Counted from the first letter of the stretch, positions 22,319-34,410 are shown. The stretch: DNA of 64,000 nucleotides from Tubulanus polymorphus (GCF_964204645.1 NC_134031.1:12526088-12590087); one strand, 5' to 3'. The notes: generated from the letters alone by a model not told the origin. Translations and numbers: made by a program.

Positions 22319-22681
22319 TATAACAAAGATAGAAAATCGATGAAAAATACGCTTGAGGAAAATGATATTATTCCACATGATTTACATAATGAATATATGG
22401 ATAAATTGAAAAATAATAAAAGATCAAAATAACTATTCATATTACAACACCCATTTAAATATGAATTTATTTAAACTCAACTAGCTTGTTAATCTAGTTG
22501 AATTCTAGTTACATTCTAGTTGAAATCTAGTTATTGGTAGTTGAAACAAAAATCAACTAGATTTAACGAGAAATAAATTAAAACAACAATATTTCAACTA
22601 GCTTGTTAATTTAGTTGAATTCTAGTTACATTCTAGTTGAAATCTAGTTGCAACAACACAACTAATTTGTTTGTTATATAA

Positions 22682-23220
22682 ATGGGAGGTGAAAAGAAAA
22701 TAAAATCTAAAAATGGTGATGTTCCAATTGAAAAAAACTTTAGATGATTTAGGAATAACAGAAACAAAATTAACTCCAGATGATGGTGCTTTAAATAATG
22801 TTACACCAAATAGTAATTATGAATATTATCTTTATTGCAAACATCAATTAGAAATATTAATAGCGTCTGGGAAATGTAAAAATTTTATCGGTAAAAATTT
22901 AACTTATAATGAATTAGATACAATGAAATCAGATGAAATTATTAGATTATTTAAGATTTATGAAACCGCGAGAACAGCTAGAATTAATGATGCGATATCA
23001 GAAAATGTAGTAAAAGGTTATAGTAAATTATGTATTTATATGCTTCCAATTCAAGATGAAAATAGATAATATGCTGATTTAAAAAATTGATTATTTAGTT
23101 ATGACTGAATTAAATAAATGGATTGGATATTTATCATTTCAATTAGGTGGATTTATGACATTATTATCAACTGGAGTTATAACATTTTCAAATATTGAAA
23201 GTAAAAATATTTCTATAATA
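22682..23220 (+). pseudogene. Maverick hypothetical protein, disrupted
   Basis: KTLDDLGI...YEYYLYCKH.LE.LIA.GK...ARIND shared with 28922-29532; frameshift and stops. Confidence 0.7.
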
Positions 23221-23221
23221 A

Positions 23222-23659
23222 ATGAACAAGGTGGAAGAAGTGAAGAAAAAACCGAGAACTCTGAAACAAATTGAATGGTCTCGGCAATTAGGAATTAAAT
23301 CACAAGAATATAAAAAAGCTGTAAAAGAAAAAATCAGTAATAAAAATGGTGAAAATATTGTTATTTCTACTCCTTCTAATAATAGAATATTTGATAAATA
23401 TCTATATTTTACAGCTGGATTTGTATTCATTTTGATTGGGTGTAGTTGGTATAAGAAATCAAATAAAATTCATGATATTAATAATTCTGAAACAACTGCT
23501 ATTAAAAATGAAAATACTCCTGAAATTCCAAAATTAACAATAAAAAAATGGATTAATTATTTTAAAATAAATGAAATTCATGTAAATAATGTTCATTTAT
23601 ATGAAATCATTACGAGTAATAGGGAATTTAGGCTTCATTTTAGAGGGAGAGAGGTTTAG
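23222..23659 (+). CDS. Maverick single-TM hypothetical protein; 3' end probably runs on into the terminus
   Basis: KPRTLKQIEWSRQLG..S.E motif shared with the degraded ORF at 29524; TM YLYFTAGFVFILIG. Confidence 0.55.
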   Translation: MNKVEEVKKKPRTLKQIEWSRQLGIKSQEYKKAVKEKISNKNGENIVISTPSNNRIFDKYLYFTAGFVFILIGCSWYKKSNKIHDINNSETTAIKNENTPEIPKLTIKKWINYFKINEIHVNNVHLYEIITSNREFRLHFRGREV

Positions 23660-24997
23660 TGAGCTCGACCTCCGACCTCCTGGTCTGAAAGCGCCATTAT
23701 CCTATTACTGACATATGTATTTTGTGAAATTGCAAATTTTGTGACAACAGAATGACACTGATATCTCTAACTTAACTAGAATCACAAAGACCAAGTCTTG
23801 ACAAGACAGTAGGCCTAAATCCGAGCACAATTCCAATTGCATGCTTGCTTGTGTAGTTATTCATAAAATCCAGCTCTTTAAACCTCATTCATCACTGTAT
23901 CAGAATCAAGGAGTTATTTGGAATCTCATTTCATGACGACTAGTGCTGGATTTGTTAGCATTGGTTGACGTCTATGACGTCATGCCAATGCTAGTAAAAT
24001 GGATCGAAAATAGTAGTACGAAAAAATAGCGCCGACTCTTCTCATTTTCATAGTAACTTCAAATTGTCACTCCGTTCACGTAAAACATTAGAAACAGCTG
24101 AAAATTACTTTAAAAAATGTTTCAATTATTCCCCACAACATAGCGTCGCCAGATTTCTGATTTAATGCTCCAAAAGTTATTCGATCGCATTTTTCTCGTT
24201 TATTATCTGGTTGATGAGAGCAGGTTAAGCAATCGCGGAGCGATATGTCCGCATTGACATTGGCAGTAAAGAATGGGGATCAACAGCCTCTTCTGAATAG
24301 AAAAACATAAAATTATGTACCTCCGGTTTATAAATATCACAGTGTTTGGATATCACTGTTATTCCAACTATCAGTATCCATGGGATTATTTGGGATTAAT
24401 TCTCAGCGTCAGAACACGTATTTCTAGATCAGCGGAACGGCTGCCTACTCGTGACTGAAACCCGCAGGCCTATGTGATCGTGCGGGAACGCCTTTACTAA
24501 AGTTAAAACCATTTCATGATGACACGAAACATCAAACGGTAAACGGTAGGCTACCACAATGATACGATATCAGGGGCGGATACAGGATTTTATAAAGGAG
24601 GGGGGGGGGGTGGGTGGCTGTAGGTTTATTAGTGGGATGGGCCCCCGCTCGTAATTGTTTTTTGAAAAATGAAGTACTCAGAGGCTCTCAGAAGCATTCT
24701 AAAACTCCTCTCGGTGGCAAATGAAAAAAACATTTGAGCGGCCAGAAAAAAAAGATAACACGCGTTCAGGGCCATTCTTACGCATGAATCAAGAAATAAC
24801 AATTTCCAAATCACGGGGGACTATACTGGGGTTAGACCATTTAAAAGTTCATAATGTACTTGTAGGTTATTAAAAATATTATGATATTTCATTTGGTTTG
24901 GTCTAAATTTAATTAATGAGGAAACTAATGAAACTATGCTTAGAAAATATTGGTAATAAAGTAGTTTTGAATTTAGTGCGTACCATGCTACTGGCAA

Positions 24998-25735
24998 AAA
25001 CCGTAAAGTTTCCCAAGTCTTCGTTTCTACCTAACGCATGCTCATTAGTCAGTGCTGTAATTGCTCTAAGTCGAGAAATCGGCACATTGCGCATGCGGTA
25101 CTACATGTGAACTGAATGTGAACTTTAATGACTAATAGTCGCTGTAGTTTCCATTAGGTTCGAATCCCGTAAAAATATTGATCTTATTTACGCTGGTTCA
25201 TCTTATAAGCAGGTTCGAAACCCGAAAATTACTGGTCATATTTCAAGCGTTACGACATGAACTTTGACGATTAAAATGTCGCTGGGTTATTGTTTGCCGA
25301 GTAAAAAAGTTACAGCATCCCGAATATGAAACAATGAACTTTGATAGCCCCAGGATTTACTTTTAAGTGCTATTAGGTTCGAATCCCGAATGTGTAGCAG
25401 AAAAATACATTCATCCTTTTTTTTATATACCGATATATATCTTAGATTTTCAGCTTATGGCAAGACCACTTGAACACCTGTCATTCCCCAAAATACAAAT
25501 GATCCTATAAAGCGACCAAAACAAACTGCGCCTTCCCGCTGCGCAAAAGTTCACGCAGGTTCATTCCGTTATAGTTCTATGTTTCAGCGTTCTGACATGA
25601 CCCAGTTTAGGAAAAAATACACATGTAGCGACGCATGCGCACGCGACCAATTTCTGGACTTAGAGGATTTCCCCAACACTTCCTAAAAGTAATGCGCATG
25701 CGTTATAAACAGAGACTTGGGAAACTTTACGGTTT
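24998..25735. mobile_element. MITE-like element with long imperfect TIRs
   Basis: AAACCGTAAAGTTTCCCAAGTCT and its exact reverse complement (23 bp), continuing inward imperfectly (CGCATGC, TACATGTG); three internal AGGTTCGAA(T/A)CCCG repeats. Confidence 0.75.
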
Positions 25736-26652
25736 ATTTCGGAATGACAAAAACTTCCGCATTGAGAGCGCCACCGCACCAATTCAAATTCAATTATATG
25801 GATCGGAAACCCTCCAGCGATGCACTCTATGATCTTTAGAACCTGTCTCTGCTGACTGGGAATAACATATTTCTCAGCGCGAAGGGGGCGGGGCGCAGCG
25901 TCACCAGGTCCCGCTCCGCGAGGAAGCTAGATTTTCAAAGAAATGAGTGCACGCGTACGGCCGTGACCACTTGTTAGTGACGTCATCAAGAAGGATGGCT
26001 CCGAGAATCGCCACATCACAGGTTACTGTGAATAAATGGGATTCGACCATTCAAAAGTTCAAAATGTACTTTCTTGTTTTGTAAAACAAGTTTATTCATG
26101 TCGTTTTATAAAGCATTTTGTTTGAAACATTCTTTAATAATGTTTGTTGAGTTTAAAGCCAATTGTCGTTGTGTAATTCCATACTGGTCACTGACATCAA
26201 AGTTTTAGTTTCTGTTCACATGTTTCGACTTATAAATATCCAACTTGTATGTTCTATCTTTTAATACAGGCCATGTGATTAATTGCGTATCACTCCATTA
26301 GTTTTAAAAGAGAGCACATATTTCGATATTGTTAAATAATTAACTACATTTTTTTCTGTCACACGTTGATTTTTACCCATCACTTATAAAATTCAAATGT
26401 ACGTGATGTATTCTATAAGCTATGTAAGCTTGTTCTTTACAATACACTATGAATTTTCAATTTGTACTGACCATAATAGTATATTTTTCGTAAATAAAAT
26501 TTTTTTTTTAATTAAATAATTTCAAAATCTTTTCTATGCCCTCTGCAACAGAAAGTTACTAAGGACTATTACATATTCAGATGTACGTTGATAATTGATT
26601 TCAATCCTCCCTTCAAATAATTATACGAACATTATTTCGGAAAATGCAGGTG

Positions 26653-26832
26653 AGTAATAGGGGAATGTGGCTTTCAGGCCAAAGGTCGAGCTCGTAAAAA
26701 ATGAAAATAACAATAATTTCCAGTTGAATTAGTCGCGCACACTCCTAATTCAACTAGAAATTATTGTTATTTTCATTTTTTACTCACTCGCCCCTTCAAC
26801 CTTTAACCTGAAAGCCACATTCCCCTATTACT
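26653..26832. repeat. Terminal foldback (180 bp) of Mav4
   Basis: AGTAATAGGGGAATGTGGCTTTCAGG...CCTGAAAGCCACATTCCCCTATTACT; inner stem AAAAAATGAAAATAACAATAATTTC/GAAATTATTGTTATTTTCATTTTTT. Confidence 0.93.
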
Positions 26833-27029
26833 CTTAAAATAATCATATACATGAATAAATTATAAATGAATAACATATAAAAGTAATTCGGAAATGGCGT
26901 TTTCAGATCAGAGTTCGAGCTCTTATAGAATAGATATATAGATATATTTTAAACATTATTTCAATATTTATATTTGTATAAGTTAGATTTTTAAACATTA
27001 AAAGTGTCAGTAAAGTGTGATTGAAATAA

Positions 27030-27032
<3 letters not shown>

Positions 27033-27081
<49 letters not shown>
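27033..27081. repeat. (TA)n microsatellite within the Mav4 subterminal region
   Basis: Direct reading. Confidence 0.95.
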
Positions 27082-27084
<3 letters not shown>

Positions 27085-27143
27085 GAATAACATATAAATG
27101 AATAACTTCTAAAATCAATTTAGTAAAAAAATTTGATATTAAA

Positions 27144-27755
27144 ATGGAACCAGAACAACCACAAACTATCAATATTACAAATAACACTGATGCTATAAAT
27201 ATATACTACAAGAAGTGTTCTAAATGTGAAATAGATAAAAAATTAGCTATAACAGAATTTAATAAGCGTAAGATTAGCAAAGATGGTTTTCAATATTGCT
27301 GTAAAACTTGTATTAAACTATATGCCAAACAATACCGAGAAGATAATAGAGAAGCTTATAATGATTATATGACAGAATATATGAGAGAAAGATATAAAAC
27401 AGATCTTAATTTTAGATTGAAACAATGCTTAAGATCTAGATTAACACAATTATTCAACAAAGAAACACATTCAGAAACACTATCTAATTTGTTGGGTTGT
27501 TCAGATGAATTCTTAAAATCATGGATAATATATCAATTCGACGATAAAATGAATATAGATAATTATGGTGAATACTTTCATATTGATCATGTGTTGCCGA
27601 TTTCTAAATTTGACATGAGTGATGATTATAATAAGAAGCTAATATGGAGCTGGAGAAATTTAAGGCCTTTAGAAAAGAAGGAAAACATAATTAAATCTAA
27701 TAAACTAGATATGAAATTATATTTAGATCAACTGGATAAAGCAGACATTTGTTGA
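27144..27755 (+). CDS. HNH-type endonuclease with N-terminal CxxC...CxxC, giant-virus style; C-terminus possibly frameshifted
   Basis: KKCSKC...F...DG.QYCCKTC; LLGCS.EFLK.WI..QF...MN..NYG..FHIDHVLP...W.NLRPL...EN..KSNK. Confidence 0.82.
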   Translation: MEPEQPQTINITNNTDAINIYYKKCSKCEIDKKLAITEFNKRKISKDGFQYCCKTCIKLYAKQYREDNREAYNDYMTEYMRERYKTDLNFRLKQCLRSRLTQLFNKETHSETLSNLLGCSDEFLKSWIIYQFDDKMNIDNYGEYFHIDHVLPISKFDMSDDYNKKLIWSWRNLRPLEKKENIIKSNKLDMKLYLDQLDKADIC

Positions 27756-28921
27756 ATTATGGAATTCAACACATAATGAAAAATACGTTGAAGCTTAAGC
27801 GCTTAGAAAACCGGTTACTCTCGATCTATGTCAAACTGCCTATATGTAATTTTATTAGCTCTTTGCATCTGTCGCACGTTATATTCAGTTGAATAGGGTG
27901 TACCTCATTTGAATATTGATCGAATGTGCTATTTCAGTTGAAAAGGATTAATCATAAAAGAACAAAGGAACATCTGTTGCTTAGACAGACAGTGCCTGGT
28001 ATATTGGGCGTAGTCGCATTACAACAGTCGAACTGAAAAGGTGGAATATAGAACGCATAGGATTTCTCACTAAAAACACAATTAGGAGTTTCTAGTTATA
28101 AATGTAAGTACTGTTTTTGTTGTTATTAAGACGCCGGGAAACGTTAAACATGTTTAAGTGTATTAATTTTATTTGAAAACTACAACTTCATGTTAGTTTT
28201 ATTCTACGCTAGATATTTATCTTTTAGATAGCAAAATGCTACGCGTAACAAGAATACCATTGCTATTTAAACCAAGAAAGTGAAGATAGGAGGATGTGGA
28301 ATCAGAAATTATGGATATTTCAACTCATGAAACTGTGGCAGTTTAGCCGTATTGTATAGGCTTTCAATGCATTACGTTTACCGGAATTTCAATTGCGTCG
28401 TTCAGCTATTGTTAATGTCACACACAGTGACATGTTCTATTATACTTTATTGAATCCTACATTCCACGCATACCTTACCGCTCCAGAGCCGAGCGGCTTG
28501 GAATGCGGAAATCGATACTGACTGTAGAATAAAATATATGTGTGTTTATGAAATAGTAATTTCACCAGTCGTTTCTTTGAATTTATTTTCAGTTTGAGGA
28601 TTTATTATCGAGAATCCGAAATGACTTATCTGGACAGATATAGTTACTGCTCCTATAGATAAACAATAGTAGTGAGATAATCTAAATCCTAATTTAAATA
28701 AAAAATATTAAAAAAACAATAACTTCAACTAGCTAGTGAATTCTATTATATTTTTAATATTTTCTTTTGCAATTCTTTTCAAAAGAGAATACTTTATATT
28801 TTGAATAGATTCAAATAAAAAAACAATAACTTTAACTAACCCAGTCAATTTAGTATCAATAACTTAACTAGCTAGTATTAAAATATTATAATATTTTTCT
28901 TATTAAATTTCTCTAATATAA

Positions 28922-29532
28922 ATGTCAAAGAAATCGAGTAAGAATAATGCCGGTATTGAAAAAACATTAGATGATTTAGGTATTAGTATAATAAGGATAT
29001 TCCAACCAAAATTGAAAATAATATTCAAGTTGATAACAATATTGATTATGAATACTACTTATATTGTAAACACCATCTTGAATTACTAATTGCTGGTGGG
29101 AAATCTAAAGAGTTTTTAACTAAGACTATTACTTTTCAAGAATTAGATGCTATGAAACCAGATAAAGTAATAAAATATTTCAAGATTTATGAAGAAGCTA
29201 GATTAGCCCGAATAAATGATTCTATTTCAGATGGTATTGTTAAATGTTATTCTAAGTTATGTAACCGGTTAATACCAATTGATGATGAAAATAAATTATA
29301 TAGTGATTTGAAAAATGACTATTTAGTTATGACTGAATTACAAAAATGGGTTGGTTATGCTTCATTCCAATTAGGATCGGTTATGACATTAATTTCTACA
29401 ACTGGTGTCATAACATTTTCGAATATCAAACCTATGGAATATAAATCAGGTAAGAACGAAACAGATGTACTACAACCAAACGGCGAAACCGAAAATGAAT
29501 CAGAACAAAAATTAACTAAAATAAATGAGTGA
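28922..29532 (+). pseudogene. Maverick hypothetical protein (frameshifted), homolog of 22682-23220
   Basis: TAAATG start at 28922; shared motifs; ORF 29152-29532 is the 3' part. Confidence 0.7.
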
Positions 29533-29893
29533 TGATATTGAGAAGCCCAGATCTGAAAAACAAAAATGGTGGTCAAAGGAGTTGGGAAAGAGATCTGCAG
29601 AATTAAAATGAGCTAAGAAAAAGAAATTAACTGATATAAATGAATCACAGAAATTATCTGATATTGATTCAAATAATAATCCATCTGATTCATCTAATAG
29701 TGGAAGAAATAATTACTAATATATTACAATTGGATTAGTAACAGTTATTATATTCTCTGGTGTAATATATAAATATAAGTATAAATCTGATTATAACAAT
29801 AATGATTCCAATGATAATAAACCTATCATACCAGAAAATAAGTCAAATCGTAAAGTCATTGAAACTAAATCTAAATTATTATTAATGGATTAA
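29524..29893 (+). pseudogene. Degraded single-TM Maverick ORF, homolog of 23222
   Basis: KPRSEKQ..WSKELGKRS.E motif, hydrophobic ITIGLVTVIIFSGVIY; stops and a frameshift. Confidence 0.6.
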
Positions 29894-29899
29894 AATAAG

Positions 29900-30991
29900 A
29901 TGAAAAAAGAACAATATTCAAGAGATTTATATTATAACCCAGAAAGTGAAGTATCATATTCTAGCGTTTCAGAATTATGGGGTAAAATTAAATCTGATAA
30001 AGAAAATGGTAATATAAAATATAGTGAATTAAAATCATGGTAACAAAATCAACCAACATATCAAATCCACAAGAAAATGGATAAAACTTATTTAACAAGA
30101 AAAGTTATGGTTTCATATATCGATCAACGATGACAAGCTGATTTAATTGACATGAAGAACTTAGAAGAATGCAACAAAGGATATTTCTGGATATTAAATG
30201 TTATAGACATATTCAGCAGATACGCATGGTCAATTCCAATCAAAAATAAAACTGGTATAGAAGTGACAAATGCTTTTAAATCAATATTTAAAGAAGCTAT
30301 TCCAGATAAGATACAATTTGATGAAGGTAAGGAATTCTATAATAAACATTTAAAAAAACTATTATCTGATAACGATGAAGAATATTTTTCAACGCATTCA
30401 GATAAAAAAGCATCTATCATAGAAAGATTTAATAAAACATTGAAAACTAGAATGTGGAAATATTTTACTGCTAATGAAACATATAAATATATCGATGTAT
30501 TAGATGATTTAGTGAAAGGTTATAATAATTCTAAACATAGTTCTATAAATATGAAACCTATACACGCTAGAAAAGAAGATAATTCAGAAATAGTTTGGAA
30601 TAATTTATATGGAGCGTTTGTTACACATGATTTTGGAGAACCAAAATTTAAAATTGGACAACACGTTAGAATATCTAAATATAGAAAAACCTTTTATAAA
30701 GGTTATACTCCAAATTTTACTGAAGAAATATTTAAGATTAAAAAGATAATATTAACTAAACCTTTTGTTTATAAATTAGAAGATATAAAAGATGAAGAAA
30801 TATTAGGTTATTTCTATGAACAAGAATTATCACTTGTACCAAATCCAGATGAAATAGAACACAAAATAGAAAAAGTATTGAAAACAAAAACTCTTAAAGG
30901 AAAAAAGTATTCTTTGGTGAAATATAAAGGATATGATGATAAATTTAATGAATGGATTTTATCTAGTAAAATTAAAAGAATAAATGAATAA
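29900..30991 (+). pseudogene. c-integrase with chromodomain; two premature stops in the 5' part
   Basis: IYYNP...HK...QADLIDM...QFDEGKEF...IERFNKT; in-frame TAA (~30041) and TGA (~30131). Confidence 0.9.
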
Positions 30992-31163
30992 AGATTTATT
31001 TATATTTGAACCGCATAATATGTTAGTTACTGGGGTAACAAACTGTAGTAAAACACATTTCATATTAGATTTGTTAGAAACTATTTGTAAGAATCATTTT
31101 GATAATATAATATTATTCTGCCCTACTTATGAAATGAATAAAACATATAATAGAGATATAGTT
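30984..31163 (+). pseudogene. Packaging ATPase, 5' fragment (inversion breakpoint)
   Basis: Matches 655-834 (Walker A mutated to GVTNCSKT), then switches to the reverse complement of ~7213. Confidence 0.88.
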
Positions 31164-31241
31164 AAAATGGCCATATAACAGTTGAAGAACAAGATAAATT
31201 ATTAAAAGAATTAGTTAATTATTAATTTTCTAATTATATAA

Positions 31242-32615
31242 ATGGCAGATAGTTTTCCAAAAGCTTTCCAATATGATAAATCAATTAAATATAATATTCC
31301 TGCAATAGATTTTAATAAAGATATTACATATAGAAATGAAGTTTTAGATTCATTAACTAATTTAGAAATTTATGTTACTGAAACTAATAATTTTAATGCA
31401 AAGATGGAAAATATATTTCATGTATATTTAATTAATTTTAAAAAATCGAATGATGAAAAACAATGGTTATTAAAATCTAATATGAAGTATTGGCAGAACC
31501 AGTTAAATTTTGCTGTTTATTGTGCAACAACAGGATGTGGAATTGGTTGGAATGATCATTTGAATAATTTTAAATATAAATTAATTCAAAGTTTATTTAG
31601 ATTTCATACATACTTTCAAATCAGAATAATATTAAATGAATTAGAGTGTGCTTTACCTAGATATTTTAAAGAATTAGATAATAATATTAATTTATCAAAG
31701 TTTTATAAAATTTGCAATGAATTTAATATAGATATAAATAATTCTGATTTTAGAACAAAAATTGGAACAATAAGATCACTTCCTTGCCCTGAAAATATTT
31801 TACAATATTGTACACTTCCCATACCATCTAATAGTTTTTATAATATTATTAATAATAGATTAGGTTATGGTAAAATAGAAACTATGAAATTAGAAACATT
31901 AAATCTCAATAAATTACCGAAATTTTACGATCATTTAAAACAAGAAAACAATAATGGTTGGGTTTATTTCATTTTAGAAAATAATGAAGGTTTTACTAAA
32001 TCAGGTATACGAAGAATAAATCAATCTATTAGAACTTATTTGATATGTATTCTAGGATCACAGGTTGAAACAAGATCCCCAATAATTGGAAATTTAAATA
32101 CATCATTTGATACACAGAACCAATTCAAAGTAATATTTGAAGATTCAATTCATAATGATAAAAATAGATCGATTCCCGAAAACATTGTAAGATATCAAAA
32201 TTATTTAGATAAATCACATATTAGATTAAATTAATGTATAGGCCCTAATCTATTAATTATTTCTAATGATTTAGTATTAAAGATGGGAAATATAATTGGT
32301 TATAATAATCTAATTAAAACTGCAACAAAAAATAATTCATTTGGATAAAATGATATAAATAAAAAGATTATTACTGCTCCAAAATTAATGGAAGGTGAAA
32401 AAAATAAAAAACATATTCAATCAACAGAAACTAAAACTAATAATATTAAATTAAATAATGATTCTAAAATAAAAGATTACAATACATCAGAAGATATAAA
32501 AACTGATAATATTCAACATGAAATAATTAAACTAAATGATGATAATAAATCCCATGAAAATACTAAATTAGCTATAACTTGTATAGGAATTGTAATCGGA
32601 AGTATTATATTTTAA
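31242..32615 (+). pseudogene. Copy of the 462-aa Maverick protein with premature stops
   Basis: Alignable end to end with 5748-7136. Confidence 0.88.
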
Positions 32616-32637
32616 ATTTTAAAATTTTATTATGTAA

Positions 32638-33650
32638 ATGGCAGAAGGTGGAGAAGATTATGAAATGGAAAACATGGGAAATAATAATGAAGGATTTATT
32701 GATGATGAACCGCAACCCAATTTAAATGAAACTAATATTGATAATGATAATTCATCAGCATACAATTCTAATTTAGCAGATAGTGGTTCTAAAGCCCCAT
32801 CAACAGAGGAATATATTAGAAAAACTAGATCAAGAATAAATCCTGAAAATGAAAATCAAGGTTTATCAAGACAAGATTTAGAAAATAATGAATTTATATA
32901 TAATTTCCAACCTGTATTTGAAAGGTCTGGGTATAATATAAATGATAGAGGCGCCAGACTTTCAGTAGAAAATTTAAAACTTTTTAAAGGTAAATATTAT
33001 TATCATTTGGATGGTGATTATTATATTGATATCACTAATCAAAGGACAAGACTAACTAAAATATTAGCGGAATCAACTTTGAAAAATTTAGAAACATTTA
33101 GAATTAAGAGAATAAGTAATAGTAATGAAATAACTGATGTTACACAAGAAGAAAGAGATGATAATATACCAGAATTTAGTAAAAGAATTGATGACTTATT
33201 ATCAAAAAAAATCCAGAAACAGAAACAACTTCTGAACAGAATTAAACTTCCAAAACTAGTAAACTTAAATCAAACGAAGTTCAAACTGAAAAACTTTTAC
33301 CGAATGGATTACTTGATGCAACAGATCAAGAAATAGAAGCTTTAAGTATGTTTTCTAAAAAAACAATTAGAGAAATAATAAGTATACGAAATGAAGCCGA
33401 TAAAATTGCGCGCGAAAAAAATGAAATTATTATTAAAATCATATGATTATAATATTAATAGATTAAAAGTTGTTGTTAAAGAGTTAATACTAAAACCAAA
33501 TTCTGACATATCACTAAAAGATAGAATAAAATTATTATTTAAGTTTGAAGGAATCACAATTCTTTCAATTCTAACAGCTGTAACTATGTTATTTACAACA
33601 ATTGGTTTAGCTATATCAAATGCTTTAAAATTATTTTTGGGTTAGTAAAC
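32638..33650 (+). pseudogene. Divergent, deleted homolog of the 569-aa membrane protein
   Basis: Shared N-terminal EGGEDYEM..MGNNNEG and C-terminal SLKDRIKLLFK.EGITILSI.TAVTMLFTTIGLAISNALK; central part not alignable. Confidence 0.8.
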
Positions 33651-33685
33651 ATGATAAAAAAATAATTAATTTTTTTGTTAAATAA

Positions 33686-34410
33686 ATGAGTGGGAGTTAT
33701 ATCAATCCTTCTAAGAATCATAGAATATCTAATGCTATTAAAGCAGAAAGATCACATCATATAATTACTCATAACCCTTCTAATATTAATGATGGTTTAT
33801 ATTATGTAATACCTTGTAATATAGCTTTGATATTTGATCCTATTTTCAAAATTTATAAAACTAAACTAATAGAAATCGATAATAATAAAAGTGGTGTTGT
33901 TGATAATTTAAGTAATGTATTTGATTATAATGTAATACCTTCTACATCTAATAATGTAATACCTTCTACATCTAATAATGTAATACCTTCTACATCTAAT
34001 AATGCAATACCTTCTACATCTAATAATGAAATATTAAATACGTGAAAATAGAAATTATTGTGATTATTGTAAAGGTGAATTTTCAAACGTTCCATCAAAT
34101 TGGAATAAACATATGAATACAAAGGTACATATTACTAATGTAATAGAACGTGTTGGTTTAAGAGAATTTATAGAACACCCATTTAAATATGTTACAGAAT
34201 TTGTTTCAATTAAAAAAGTAAATGGTAAAGAATTATATGAAGATTTATTATTAGCAACACCTAATGGAGATGAATTAGATTTAACCGATGCTAATAAAAT
34301 ATTAGGATCAAACATTGTAAATGAAATATAAGGAGCAAACACTAATAAAGATAATAATGAAAATATAGTTACAGATAAGCATATTGATATTAAAGATTCT
34401 ATGAAACATA
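33686..34410 (+). pseudogene. MCP 5' fragment (35 codons) fused by deletion to a downstream accessory ORF with NVIPSTSN repeats
   Basis: MSGSYINPSKNHRISNAIKAERSHHIITHNPSNIN then unrelated sequence; four 24-bp repeats at 33928-34027; VIPSTSN also occurs in the 343-aa ORF. Confidence 0.75.

Larger units (their letters stand above)
22319..23709 (+). mobile_element. Maverick remnant Mav3: ATPase 3' end, CTAG-rich repeats, two degraded ORFs, 95-bp terminal foldback
   Basis: 22319-22474 reads YNKDRKSMKNTLEENDIIP..HNEYMDKLKNNK; ORFs at 22682 and 23222 are homologous to 28922 and 29524; AGTAATAGGG (23615)...CCTATTACT (23709). Confidence 0.82.

Noticed and set aside
25150-25390. GGTTCGAATCC B-box-like motifs suggesting tRNA genes
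   Set aside because: No cloverleaf or A-box; they are internal repeats of a MITE.
26696-26710. AAAAAATGAAAATAA resembling a poxvirus early promoter core
   Set aside because: Single occurrence in very AT-rich DNA, only partly matched in the other termini.
28630-28680. CAGATATAGT resembling a group I intron P7 strand downstream of the HNH ORF
   Set aside because: No partner strand or other core helices found, and no interrupted host gene; an Infernal search would be needed.
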